A DNA stretch of 60,879 nucleotides, counting the filler, from Nemertoderma westbladi (Eukaryota > Animalia > Xenacoelomorpha), in NCBI GenBank assembly GCA_032718475.1. It is 3 parts of 3 records of this genome, joined end to end, with 100 filler letters (N's around TTAATTAATTAA, not from the genome) between each part and the next. Parts side by side here need not be neighbours in the genome. Positions count along the whole stretch, not along the records: positions 23,590 to 52,412 come from JAUCBJ010005178.1; 2 more parts are not named here. The stretch is one strand, 5' to 3'. Within the stretch, counting starts at the first letter, position 1. Every line of letters starts with the position of its first letter. The notes beneath the pieces were generated by a model that saw only the letters and a program-made list of their open reading frames with translations, was not told the origin of the DNA and did not search any database. A program made the translations under genes and the position numbers. Shown here one piece after another: positions 36,385-48,400 of this stretch.

Positions 36385-39300
36385 TGAATTATCTGGTAAT
36401 ATAAAGAATGGAAAGGAAACAACTGGAATATCTGGTAATAAATAAATGGAAAGGAAATAACTGGAATATCTGGTAATAAATAAATGGAAAGGAAATAACT
36501 GGAATATCTGGTAATTAATAAATGTAAAGGAAATAACTGGAATATCTGGTAATAAATAAATGGAAAGGAAATAACTGGAATATATGGTAATAAATAGAGT
36601 GGAAAGGAAATAACTGGAATATCTGGTAATAAATAAATGGAAAGGAAATAACTGGAATATCTGGTAATAAATAAATGGAAAGGAAATAACTGGAATATCT
36701 GGTAATAAATAAATGGAAAGGAAATAACTGGAATATCTGGTAATAAATAAATGGAAAGGAAATAACTGGAATATCTGGTAATAAATAAATGGAAAGGAAA
36801 TAACTGGAATATCTGGCTGGTAATAAATAAATGGAAAGGAAATAACTGGAATATCCGGTAATAAATAAATGGAAAGGAAATAACTGGAATATCTGGTAAT
36901 AAATAAATGGAAAGGAAATAACTGTAATATCTGGTAATAAATAAATGGAAAGGAAATAACTGGAATATCTGGCTGGTAATAAATAAATGGAAAGGAAATA
37001 ACTGGAATATCTGGCTGGTAATAAATAAATGGAAAGGAAATAACTGGAATATCCGGTAATAAATAAATGGAAAGGAAATAACTGGAATATCTGGTAATAA
37101 ATAAATGGAAAGGAAATAACTGGAATATCTGGTAATAAATAAATGGAAAGGAAATAACTGGAATATCTGGTAATAAATAAATGGAAAGGAAATAACTGGA
37201 ATATCTGGCTGGTAATAAATAAATGGAAAGGAAATAACTGGAATATCTGGCTGGTAATAAATAAATGGAAAGGAAACAACTGGAATATCTGGTAATAAAT
37301 AAATGGAAAGGAAATAACTGGAATATCTGGTAATAAATAAATGGAAAGGAAATAACTGGAATATCTGGCAATAAATAAATGGAAAGGAAATAACTGTAAT
37401 ATCTGGTAATAAATAAATGGAAAGGAAATAACTGGAATATCTGGTAATAAATAAATGGAAAGGAAATAACTGGAATATCTGGTAATAAATAAGTGGAAAG
37501 GAAATAACTGGAATATCTGGTAATAAATAAATGGAAAGGAAATTACTGGAATATCTGGTAATAAATAAATGGGAAGGATATAACTGGAATATCTGGTAAT
37601 AAATAAATGGAAAGGAAATAACTGGAATATCTGGTAATAAATAAATGGAAAGGAAATAACTGGAATATCTGGTAATAAATAAATGGAAAGGAAATAACTG
37701 GAATATCTGGTAATAAATAAATGGAAAGGAAATAACTGGAATATCTGGTAATAAATAAATGGAAAGGAAATTACTGGAATATCTGGTAATAAATAAATGG
37801 GAAGGATATAACTGGAATATCTGGTAATAAATAAATGGAAAGGAAATAACTGGAATATCTGGTAATAAATAAATGGAAAGGAAATAACTGGAATATCTGG
37901 TAATAAATAAATGGAAAGTAAATAACTGGAATATCTGGTAATAAATAAATGGAAAGGAAATAACTGGAATATCTGGTAATAAATAAATGGAAAGGAAATA
38001 ACTGGAATATCTGGTAATAAATAAATGGAAAGGAAATAACTGGAATATCTGGTAATAAATAAATGGAAAGGAAATAACTGGAATATCTGGTAGTAAATAA
38101 ATGGAAAGGAAATAAATGGAATATCTGGTAATAAATAAATGGAAAGGAAATAACTGGAATATCTGGTAATTAATAAATGGAAAGGAAATAACTGGAATAT
38201 CTGGTAATAAATAAATGGAAAGGAAATAACTGGAATATCTGGTAATAAATAGAGTGGAAAGGAAATAACTGGAATATCTGGTAATAAATAAATGGAAAGG
38301 AAATAACTGGAATATCTGGTAATAAATAAATGGAAAGGAAATAACTGGAATATCTGGTAATAAATAAATGGAAAGGAAATAACTGGAATATCTGGTAATA
38401 AATAAATGGAAAGGAAATAACTGGAATATCTGGTAATAAATAAATGGAAAGGAAATAACTGGAATATCTGGCTGGTAATAAATAAATGGAAAGGAAATAA
38501 CTGGAATATCCGGTAATAAATAAATGGAAAGGAAATAACTGGAATATCTGGTAATAAATAAATGGAAAGGAAATAACTGGAATATCTGGTAATAAATAAA
38601 TGGAAAGGAAATAACTGGAATATCTGGCTGGTAATAAATAAATGGAAAGGAAATAACTGGAATATCTGGCTGGTAATAAATAAATGGAAAGGAAATAACT
38701 GGAATATCTGGTAATAAATAAATGGAAAGGAAATAACTGGAATATCTGGTAATAAATAAATGGAAAGGAAATAACTGGAATATCTGGTAATAAATAAATG
38801 GAAAGGAAATAACTGGAACATCTGGTAATAAATAAATGGAAAGGAAATAACTGGAATATCTGGCTGGTAATAAATAAATGGAAAGGAAATAACTGGAATA
38901 TCTGGCTGGTAATAAATAAATGGAAAGGAAATAACTGGAATATCTGGTAATAAATAAATGGAAAGGAAATAACTGGAATATCTGGTAATAAATAAATGGA
39001 AAGGAAATAACTGGAATATCTGGCAATAAATAAATGGAAAGGAAATAACTGGAATATCTGGTAATAAATAAATGGAAAGGAAATAACTGGAATATCTGGT
39101 AATAAATAAATGGAAAGGAAATAACTGGAATATCTGGTAATAAATAAGTGGAAAGGAAATAACTGGAATATCTGGTAATAAATAAATGGAAAGGAAATTT
39201 CTGGAATATCTGGTAATAAATAAATGGGAAGGATATAACTGGAATATCTGGTAATAAATAAATGGAAAGGAAATAACTGGAATATCTGGTAATAAATAAA

Positions 39301-40375
39301 TGGAAAGGAAATAACTGGAATATCTGGTAATAAATAAATGGAAAGGAAATAACTGGAATATCTGGTAATAAATAAATGGAAAGGAAATAACTGGAATATC
39401 TGGTAATAAATAAATGGAAAGGAAATTACTGGAATATCTGGTAATAAATAAATGGGAAGGATATAACTGAAATATCTGGTAATAAATAAATGGAAAGGAA
39501 ATAACTGGAATATCTGGTAATAAATAAATGGAAAGGAAATAACTGGAATATCTGGTAATAAATAAATGGAAAGGAAATAACTGGAATATCTGGTAATAAA
39601 TAAATGGAAAGGAAATAACTGGAATATCTGGTAATAAATAAATGGAAAGGAAATAACTGGAATATCTGGTAATAAATAAATGGAAAGGAAATAACTGGAA
39701 TATCTGGTAATAAATAAATGGAAAGGAAATAACTGGAATATCTGGTAATAAATAAATGGAAAGGAAATAACTGGAATATCTGGTAATAAATAAATGGAAA
39801 GGAAATAACTGGAATATCTGGTAATAAATAAATGGAAAGGAAATAACTGGAATATCTGGTAATAAATAAATGGAAAGGAAATAACTGGAATATCTGGTAA
39901 TAAATAAATGGAAAGGAAATAACTGGGATATCTGGTAATAAATAAATGGAAAGGAAATAACTGGAATATCTGGCTGGTAATAAATAAATGGAAAGGAAAT
40001 AACTGGAATATCTGGTAATAAATAAATGGAAAGGAAATAACTGGAATATCTGGTAATAAATAAATGGAAAGGAAATAACTGGAATATCTGGTAATAAATA
40101 AATGGAAAGGAAATAACTGGAATATCTGGTAATAAATAAATGGAAAGGAAATAACTGGAATATCTGGTAATAAATAAATGGAAAGGAAATAACTGGAATA
40201 TCTGGTAATAAATAAATGGAAAGGAAATAACTGGAATATCCGGTAATAAATAAATGGAAAGGAAATAACTGGAATATCTTGTAGGAAATAACTGGAATAT
40301 CTGGTAATAAATAGAGTGGAAATTCATTGGAATATCTGGTAATAAACAGAGTGGAAAATCATTGGAATATCTTGA
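36385..40375. repeat. 38-bp tandem satellite (~100 copies), unit AATAAATAAATGGAAAGGAAATAACTGGAATATCTGGT, with 42-bp (+GGCT) variants
   Basis: Direct periodicity; the ORF track shows a 38-aa cycle (3 x 38 nt). Copies are degenerate at both edges. Confidence 0.97.
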
Positions 40376-41514
40376 TGTAGGCGCCTGAATAGAAAGCATT
40401 ACTTGGCGACTATCTATAATCTGTATGGATTTGTTAAGATATTACAACCATTACTTTACTTACTAATAGATTCTATATGAAATATAGTTAACATTATATC
40501 TTTAGATAATTGTGCTGGGAAGATAATGCTATCCATTCAAGTATCGCCTATATTATTTAATAATAAACGAATTAATGACAGGGTTAGCTAAAGTTGGGCC
40601 ATTGTTCTTACACTCGACTCTGAGGATAAGGGCACCTGGGGGCGCCTTATGGCAACAGTTAAATACACCGTTATTACAAGTAAATAATAGGGTAACTGAT
40701 AATGGAAATCAGGATGGGGTTTCTTGGGAACAATTGAAAGGGGCGATAAATGGCACCTTGGGTTGTCCTTACGTCCGAGTCTGAGCGATCAGTTGCGGCG
40801 CCAGATGGTTGCACTTTTATTCCCCGGGGGCGATGAGTGGCGTATTTCGTTACGCACAAGACTTCTGTGTTACCTCTCTACACACTGCGCACCCAGTCCC
40901 AATGGCGCCGCCCTTTCCTCACACCTCATCAACCAAAACCCCCGTGACTCTACACGGAATTCCGCATAGCATTTATTTCTCAAACTCATTGTTTCAGTTG
41001 ACCAATAGCGACTGAGATTTTCCAACACATCTTTGGATTTAAACGCCAAGGATTCGATATCTGGGAAAAGTTTAAAAGAAAGTTTAAATTTCACGTAACA
41101 TTAATTTCTCCACTTTTAAAACAGACGAATATTATTTATTTGGTGTTGAAATAGTGATTAATAGTAAAGTAAATCAATTGTAATTAATTACATACAGTAA
41201 AGTAATATAATCATAGCTTTCCCCATTCTGTTTTAGCTACACTAAATACCGAGACAGTTTATAATAACTTGAACTTCCTGCTGAAAATAAATTCTGTACT
41301 TTACACATTATTGTGGATCGGGTCTTTGTTTGCGCGAGAGATTACCAACCCCCTCGCCTTTAATTAAAGGAAAAATAACAGTACAATTGTTATTATTATA
41401 AATATCAGGGGAAACTTAAATAATTGTTACTAAACTAAACCATCTTTCGGAATACAGTGTCGTAATTAATAAGTCTGTACGTTTTTTGTTGCGTCCTACA
41501 GACTCAAATGTTTT

Positions 41515-43140
41515 TTAATAGAGAGCCTGAATGGCCTGTCTATTCACCGGATGACATCCACAGAAGCGAATAAGACAGGGCTTCTGCAGCATTCCCACAC
41601 ACACGGACAAACAGACAGTCGTTGGAACAGTTGCCTGACTGCATCGGGCGTGGGAATGCTGCAGCACAGGCTCTGCAGACGCGCAATCTCCCGCAAGATG
41701 GGGCTTGAGTGCAGGTCCCAGCCACCAAGAGCCTCCACCACGAGAGGAGAGGGGTGAGCCCGACCCCGGAGTTGTGAGACTCCTCGGCGTGGGCCACGAT
41801 CTTACGCTCCCGGGCGACAGTGAGGGCATGTCCAGGCGTAGAGGCGGCATGGGACAGAGTTCGGGACTGGAGAGGGGAGATGATAGGACATCGAGTGCCA
41901 TGGGTTGACCCATCTTCCAGTTGGGGAGGTATACATCGGCCGGACGGCTGCGGGAGCCAGAGATCAGGCCAGGAAGTTCACTCCGGGGCGCTAGAGCAGC
42001 TGATTGGGCTGCTTGGAAAATAGCATTACTGAGTGAGTCATGTCGACTAAGGTTCTGACACCAGGCGAAATCCCAGTCAATACTCCAGGGAGAGCCTGAT
42101 TTCCTTGTAGGCCCAGGCTCTCGGAGGGGATAGGGAGTGTAGGGCTGTGGAGTTCGCCAGGGCTCGGGACCTGGCGTGGTGGGCAGAGTAGATGAGGGAA
42201 ACAAGGGGTCCGGCCTGGCAAACGGAAGCTACATATACAGCTGGTGCATAGTCAGTTGTTTTGCGCAGGCTTAGACACCCATGGCGGTTGGAAGGCATGC
42301 CTTGTTGTATGACCAGTCAGAGAGCAAACCTCCGACCAGATCAGAAAAGAAATCACGCATGATGATGTCGAATTCCAAGGAACACTGCCCTAGCAGAGGT
42401 GTAGGGCAACAGCGCAGGGCGAAGACGACCTTGGGAAGGGTCAAGCAGGAATGGAGGAGGGCAGTTTCCAACTGCGAGTCCAGCAGGTCAGGCAGGCATG
42501 CAATTATGGCCCAGACCTTATTGATCCGTCCCATAACGACATCCTTACAGAATGATGCAGGACCAATGGGTGAACCAAGCAGTGACACCCTCTGTCAGGA
42601 TGGGGATGGATGGGGGGAAAAAGCTAGGAGAGTGGTCAGCGGAATTAGGGAGGAAGACTTGAGACTTGGAGCAGTTAAGGTGCACGCCCCTACTGGGACC
42701 CTCCAGCTCTAAGATCTCTTGGGCCGTTAACAGGACCTCCGGGTAGCCACAGAGTGTTCCGTCATCTAAATACCAGACATTAATAATCAGATCTGGAATT
42801 TCTTCTTGGATCACCGCAACAAATGGCTGAAGGATGATGGCAAATCCCAAAATGGATCACCCTGTTGGACCCCACCGCAGCTGAGGGTCTGGCAGTCACC
42901 CAACCAGAGCACTGCAGGGACACCATAGCAAGCCTCCATCCAAGCCGAGACGCCAGGGTTCCCCTTCCTGATCTCAGCAAACATCACCGATCTGTCGTCG
43001 AATTGAATGCGTCGCTGAAATCAACAAGGGTGATCCACTTGCTGTCAGCTGGAATGGAGCTGTCTTCCAGTGTTGAGGAAACTGCTCTGACAATGGCTTC
43101 ACAGCCCATAGGAGTTCCGACTCCCACCTGCAGTGGGAAT
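41515..43140 (-). mobile_element. Degenerate CRE-clade non-LTR retrotransposon (RT + restriction-like endonuclease)
   Basis: Fragments VDFSDAFNS, GVQQGDP, WYLDDGTL, LNCSKS, LLGSPIG, RHDSL and RPADVYLPNW...ALDV (RHD and RPAD/PD-D motifs of restriction-like endonucleases), with multiple frameshifts. Confidence 0.8.
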
Positions 43141-44134
43141 TCAGAAATAATATTTTAGCTTACAAACTTTAGATACAATATGTCTCCATGGATATTTAAC
43201 CCTTCGCATTGCTGCCTATTCTTACAGTTATTATTTTCGTTACTTTTATTGTTATAGTTGAAAGGGTGTCCTTAGAAGGTTTACAAATCTGTTAAGCTAA
43301 AATTAATTTGTGAACGTGTTCGAAACGTTACACCTGACCACAACTTTTAGCCATTTAAAACGTTTTGCACAGATATGAAAACATGCAACTTTCAAACGCT
43401 CACATCTCAGCTATTTGGAGTGGAGAGCTTAAACGTTTGATTGGAGATAATAATATTTCTGACTCACCCAGAAGTATATATGGAGGTCAATCTATTTCAG
43501 TATTTAAAATTCAGGCAAACTCATAAATATTTGTGGAGGGGGTCGTGTAACTCATTAAGACACTATATTCTAGGACATGGTTTGTATAGGATGTCAAAAC
43601 AACAGTGATACCGAAAGCAAGATATTCGAGTATTTTTGGTATCTTGTGGATGATAGACGCACATATGGTACACGGCGTCATACCAAGTCGGTAAATCTCT
43701 CAGTCATCATTCCATTACTATGAGTAAGTGTAGAAACACGCGTAGCGTGAATTACAAATAAAAACATTCGGTTGTGAACAATACTCATCCACAACAAACC
43801 GGACATTAAATAATTACAAATTGTACTTTTAAATTTTATTGATAGAAATCGCTGTGTATTTTTATGTATGTTTATTGATGAATTTAAATTACATTTTATT
43901 ATATTAATATATTTGTAGAATTAAATTTATATATATTTTGAAGAATGTAATTCCACATAATTTTGGCTACTCCAAGCCCCAGAATATAATAGGACGACCC
44001 TCCCTCAAAATTTTTCTACAAATCTTGGTGAGATTACATGAAATCACATACCTCCCATACCTCCACCTTAATTAATGGGTGAGCCATAATTATTATTTTT
44101 GCTTTCAATGTTTATCTACAAGCGTTTAAAAAAG

Positions 44135-44970
44135 GTGTCTCCGTTGATATTGCACCAGTTACACCGCAGTTATGCAAAGCTGGTAGTGCGTGCAAGGATT
44201 CTAATTATCTAACACAATCCGAATTTCGTTGAAAAATAGCAGAGATATTGGCTTTCGAATGTTGCATGGTTTTGCAGCTGAGTGAGGCGAATTATTCTAT
44301 TTAATAATTAACCATATTCTGGAACAATTTTGTTTATCTCATAAGTAACTCTGCAGCAATGCAATACCTCAACAATTATACAAGTACGTTATTAATTTAT
44401 AAAGATAATGTTCCAGAATATGGTGTATTTACTAATATTTCTACGTAATTTATTATTAGTAAAATAGCCTCGCGCAGATGCAAAATCATTCAACTTTCGA
44501 ATGCCCATATCAACTGCTTTTCAATGAAATTCAGATTGTGTTATTACTAAATGGTATAAAGTGATCATTGAATGTGTGAAATCCGAAACATCGGAAGCAA
44601 CCAGAAGGCTCCTCACCCCTCTCTTGGCTGTTATCTATAAGCCAATGTGGTTGCCACACTAACTCCCAATGGTGAACATGAACACACCACAACTATCCAA
44701 CCCTAGAAGCGGCAAGGTTCTGGGTTGGCGTAAATTCTAATGTATATTTAGGGCTACAACAGTGGAACATTTATACAGCCTTCTATAGTTAGATTTGTCC
44801 CTGCGACTCCAAACACTAATGTGAAAGCAGTTCAGTCGCTGTATCCACTCGAACAATGCGACATTCGGAATCCTTGCATGGTCAGCTCTCCATCAATACC
44901 AACAATTATCTTTAAGGTTGAAAAATAACTGCAGTGTGCTGTAACTGGTGAAATATCGCCGGAGATATCT
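44135..44970. mobile_element. Nested inverted-repeat (MITE-like) sequence
   Basis: 44135-44175 is inverted at 44927-44970, and 44212-44280 is inverted at 44475-44541. Confidence 0.5.
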
Positions 44971-45404
44971 TTTTCAAACTATAAATTCTGAATAATAAGG
45001 GGGGGGGGGGGGGGACGAGACGCAATAAAAATGCATCCCTCTCCAGGGGAAATTGGACGCAAATTGCAGTTGATTACTCTCAAAAATAAAACTGTAACCT
45101 GTTCTATTGTGTTTAGTTTATTGTTTTGGTTAAAATAACGTTCCACTGTAACCTGTTCCTTTCCCTAAATTAAGAATTTAACATTGAGGCGGATATTAAT
45201 TCGAACCTATAGTCTGAAACTATCTCTGTTTCAAATTTCATTCAATCTCATTAATATTTGTAGAAAATATAATTTTTCCAGCTGAATAAAGACATTATAT
45301 TCCAGGACAGGGTGTTGTAGAATAATTGTAAATATTATATTTTATATACGGTCATTTTGTTGTAATTAGAAACTGGTCCTTATTGAGGAACACTGATTGT
45401 TTCC

Positions 45405-48400
45405 ATGGAGATTTCAACATATATATTGATATTTACATTACTGGGATGCGCCGGTCCTGTTTGGAGCTGTCATCCTGATATGTATGCGGGGAAAAAAAGG
45501 AAACCGGACAGAACTAAGCCATTACAGGAATACGGTAGGTCTAGGTTCTAGACTTATAAAATAAAAAAATGGTGCAAAAATATATTCATAGCCACTCTAA
45601 ATGAAATATATATGAATCTATATACATATTTTTTTGTATTTTATTACATAGAATACGTCCCAAAAGTTTCCGAGACACACAAAAAGGCGAGCGGTAAACC
45701 AACTGGTGCGATTCGCCGCAGTGATCCAGCATTCTGGTCGTTGTTGGTTAGGAATGACAACCAAGATATCGTCTTTAAAGACGAAGAAAATAACGGGGAT
45801 GATAGACTTATGACAAAGGTTTGCGCATAATATACCTTTATAATTTATTTTTAAGTTGTTATAACAGGTTTGTTATAAGTTTGTGATTTATTATATGAAA
45901 TAAGACGATCTGAACACTAATAAACTTACTTTGTAACAATAAGTAAATTTTTATTATGTATGTATGTTATTTTATTGCAAAATTTTAACATTACGAAATG
46001 AAATTTGATAAAACGGCACAGTAAACATTTTATGAAATGTTTACTATAGGGCCTATTGTGATTTTTGTGGAATTTATAAAATTGTATTTCTTGAATTGAT
46101 CTGAGCATTGGAATAGAAATTGTAGGCCTACAACTATTAAATGTAAGTAATTCATCAAGAGAGAGTTAACAGGTTAATAAAGACTGGACACACTGGTGGG
46201 GCTCGAACTCATGACCTTCTGGTTGAGGGAACCAACGCTCTAACCACCTAAACAACTTTAATATTCTTAACCTTATCTGTAAACTTCCGCGCCAAATGTA
46301 ACGTGCTATTAATTTCATTACCGGACTAACACCTCCTGCGGCTATAATTAAAATTGCAAGACTATAATAGCATATGCATAACAACACCAAGTAAAACTGG
46401 TCAGCGCCGTGTTAGTCAATGAGATAAACTGATACTGAAATGAAATTTTGGAATAAAATATAAAATACTGTACAACGAATATAATTCCATAGAGATGCCA
46501 ACAGGCCCTGGACATCCTGTCCAGTCTGGTGATAGAGAGGTGGCCGAAACCTGTAAGGATAGGAAGGGATAAATTCGTACGAGTCCAGTTGAGAGTGTTC
46601 GAGGCGTGGGATGACGACAAGACAACATCGGATGGAGGCCACGCACGGAAAAGTCTGCATTACGAGGGTCGCGCGGTTGACATAACAACATATCCACCGT
46701 TAGTATCACCTTAATAAGGTATTGCTTTGAAATTTAAATTAAACCGTGCTAAGCACGATGAACTGGAGCTCTGACAATTCGCCCCCTAGCGGCTTTCTGC
46801 CGCTAGGGGGCGAATTGTCAGAGGAGGTACTGTAAAAGTCTGTCTGTGTGTAGAAATTTCTAATTAAGCAATGCTCGTAGGTTACTTATATTAAATATCA
46901 GATGAATCTGATGGTTGGTTCTATAATTACAGCTACTTTTACGTTTCTGTCAATTCGCCCCCTAGTGGCTGAAAGAGGAACTATTGAAGTCTGTCTGTAT
47001 GTAGAATTTCTGCACTTATGATAGTCTACATGCGTACCAAGTTTGGTTCCATTACATACATGATTGACCGACTATAATTGGCGTTAAAACATTCTAGCCA
47101 CAAACCCAGCCAGCCACAAACAAACAAACTATAATTGTGGGGCGAGCCACGAAGTGAGCGAAGCCTTAGCATATGGGTGCCATTGGCGAGTTGTCTGTCG
47201 TCGTCGTCTGTCGTAAATTTTTGATCGCTAATAACTCGGTTATTCCTCGATGAAATTAAACGAAACTTGGTACGTATGTAGTCCGGCAAAAGTTTAGAAA
47301 GAATCTGAAGTTTGGTCAAAAACGAACTAACGCAACGAGGCACAAGAGGAGGACGAGTATTGTGTTGAAGACTTCTGACTAACGGCAGACAACTCGTTAA
47401 TGGTCCCCATATGCTAAAGGCTTTGCTCACTTCGTGCTGCAGCGCGAAGGCCCCACGAACGTGTAATAGCTGCAGGAATCCGAGCAGAGCTTCAGTGATA
47501 ACAATTAAGTTTAATTGGAATCAATACCGGTATGTGATATAGAAATTGGTTATGTCATGCCGCGATCGGTTCATTTATGTACTCTATGGTAGTGGGTTAC
47601 GTGATCTAACGTTTATATAACCAACCATTTATTAATCGTGTCTGTTTATAAAACATTTTATCAATCTAATACAAATTGGTGGTACAAAAGCTCGAATCAG
47701 AAATTATAGTGGATAATTTCAGGCGTATCAAATCAATATTATTTTTAATTCACCATAATTTTACAGCGACCGGAATAAATTGGGCGAACTGGGTCGTCTG
47801 GCTGTGAATGCTGGGTTTGATTGGGTCTATTACGAGTCGCCATATCATATGCATGTGTCAGTAAAAGAAGGTAAGTATATTAACTATACGTCACTGTCCA
47901 TAAAATAGCACTTTATAGCGTTACGGCACGAGTGATTTTGTTTCCCGGGCGATAGCGTGGGAAAAATAACAAAACGAGGGCCGTAAAAGCTATAATGTGC
48001 TAATTATGAACAATGGCGAATCTAATTGTATTTATTTGTGTGGAATTTTTTGTAGTTATGCAATAAAACATTCTAGAATAACCTAATAAATGACGCTATG
48101 AAATACTGGACATACACAGTAAAATTTATGGCGTAGGGACTTACTGAGAAATAATGTCGCACGGTGATATAAAGCTGGAAAATATGTCGCCCGGGCGATT
48201 TGGTAGTGCGAAATTAATTCCATACAAATAAATAAAATAATTAATTTAATTTATATAAAATGTATTACTAACTACCCACTGATAGATAATGTTGTATGTT
48301 AAGAGATGTACCCTACAGCAGCTACAATAACCGTTCTTTAAAAATCAGCCACCCCGATCAAATTAGAATATACAACAAACTGGTTCCATGTTACTTGACT

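Noticed and set aside
36331-40399. Long hydrophobic minus-strand ORFs (346-1294 aa)
   Set aside because: The 38-bp unit lacks stops in all three minus frames and is not a multiple of 3, so these are satellite artefacts.
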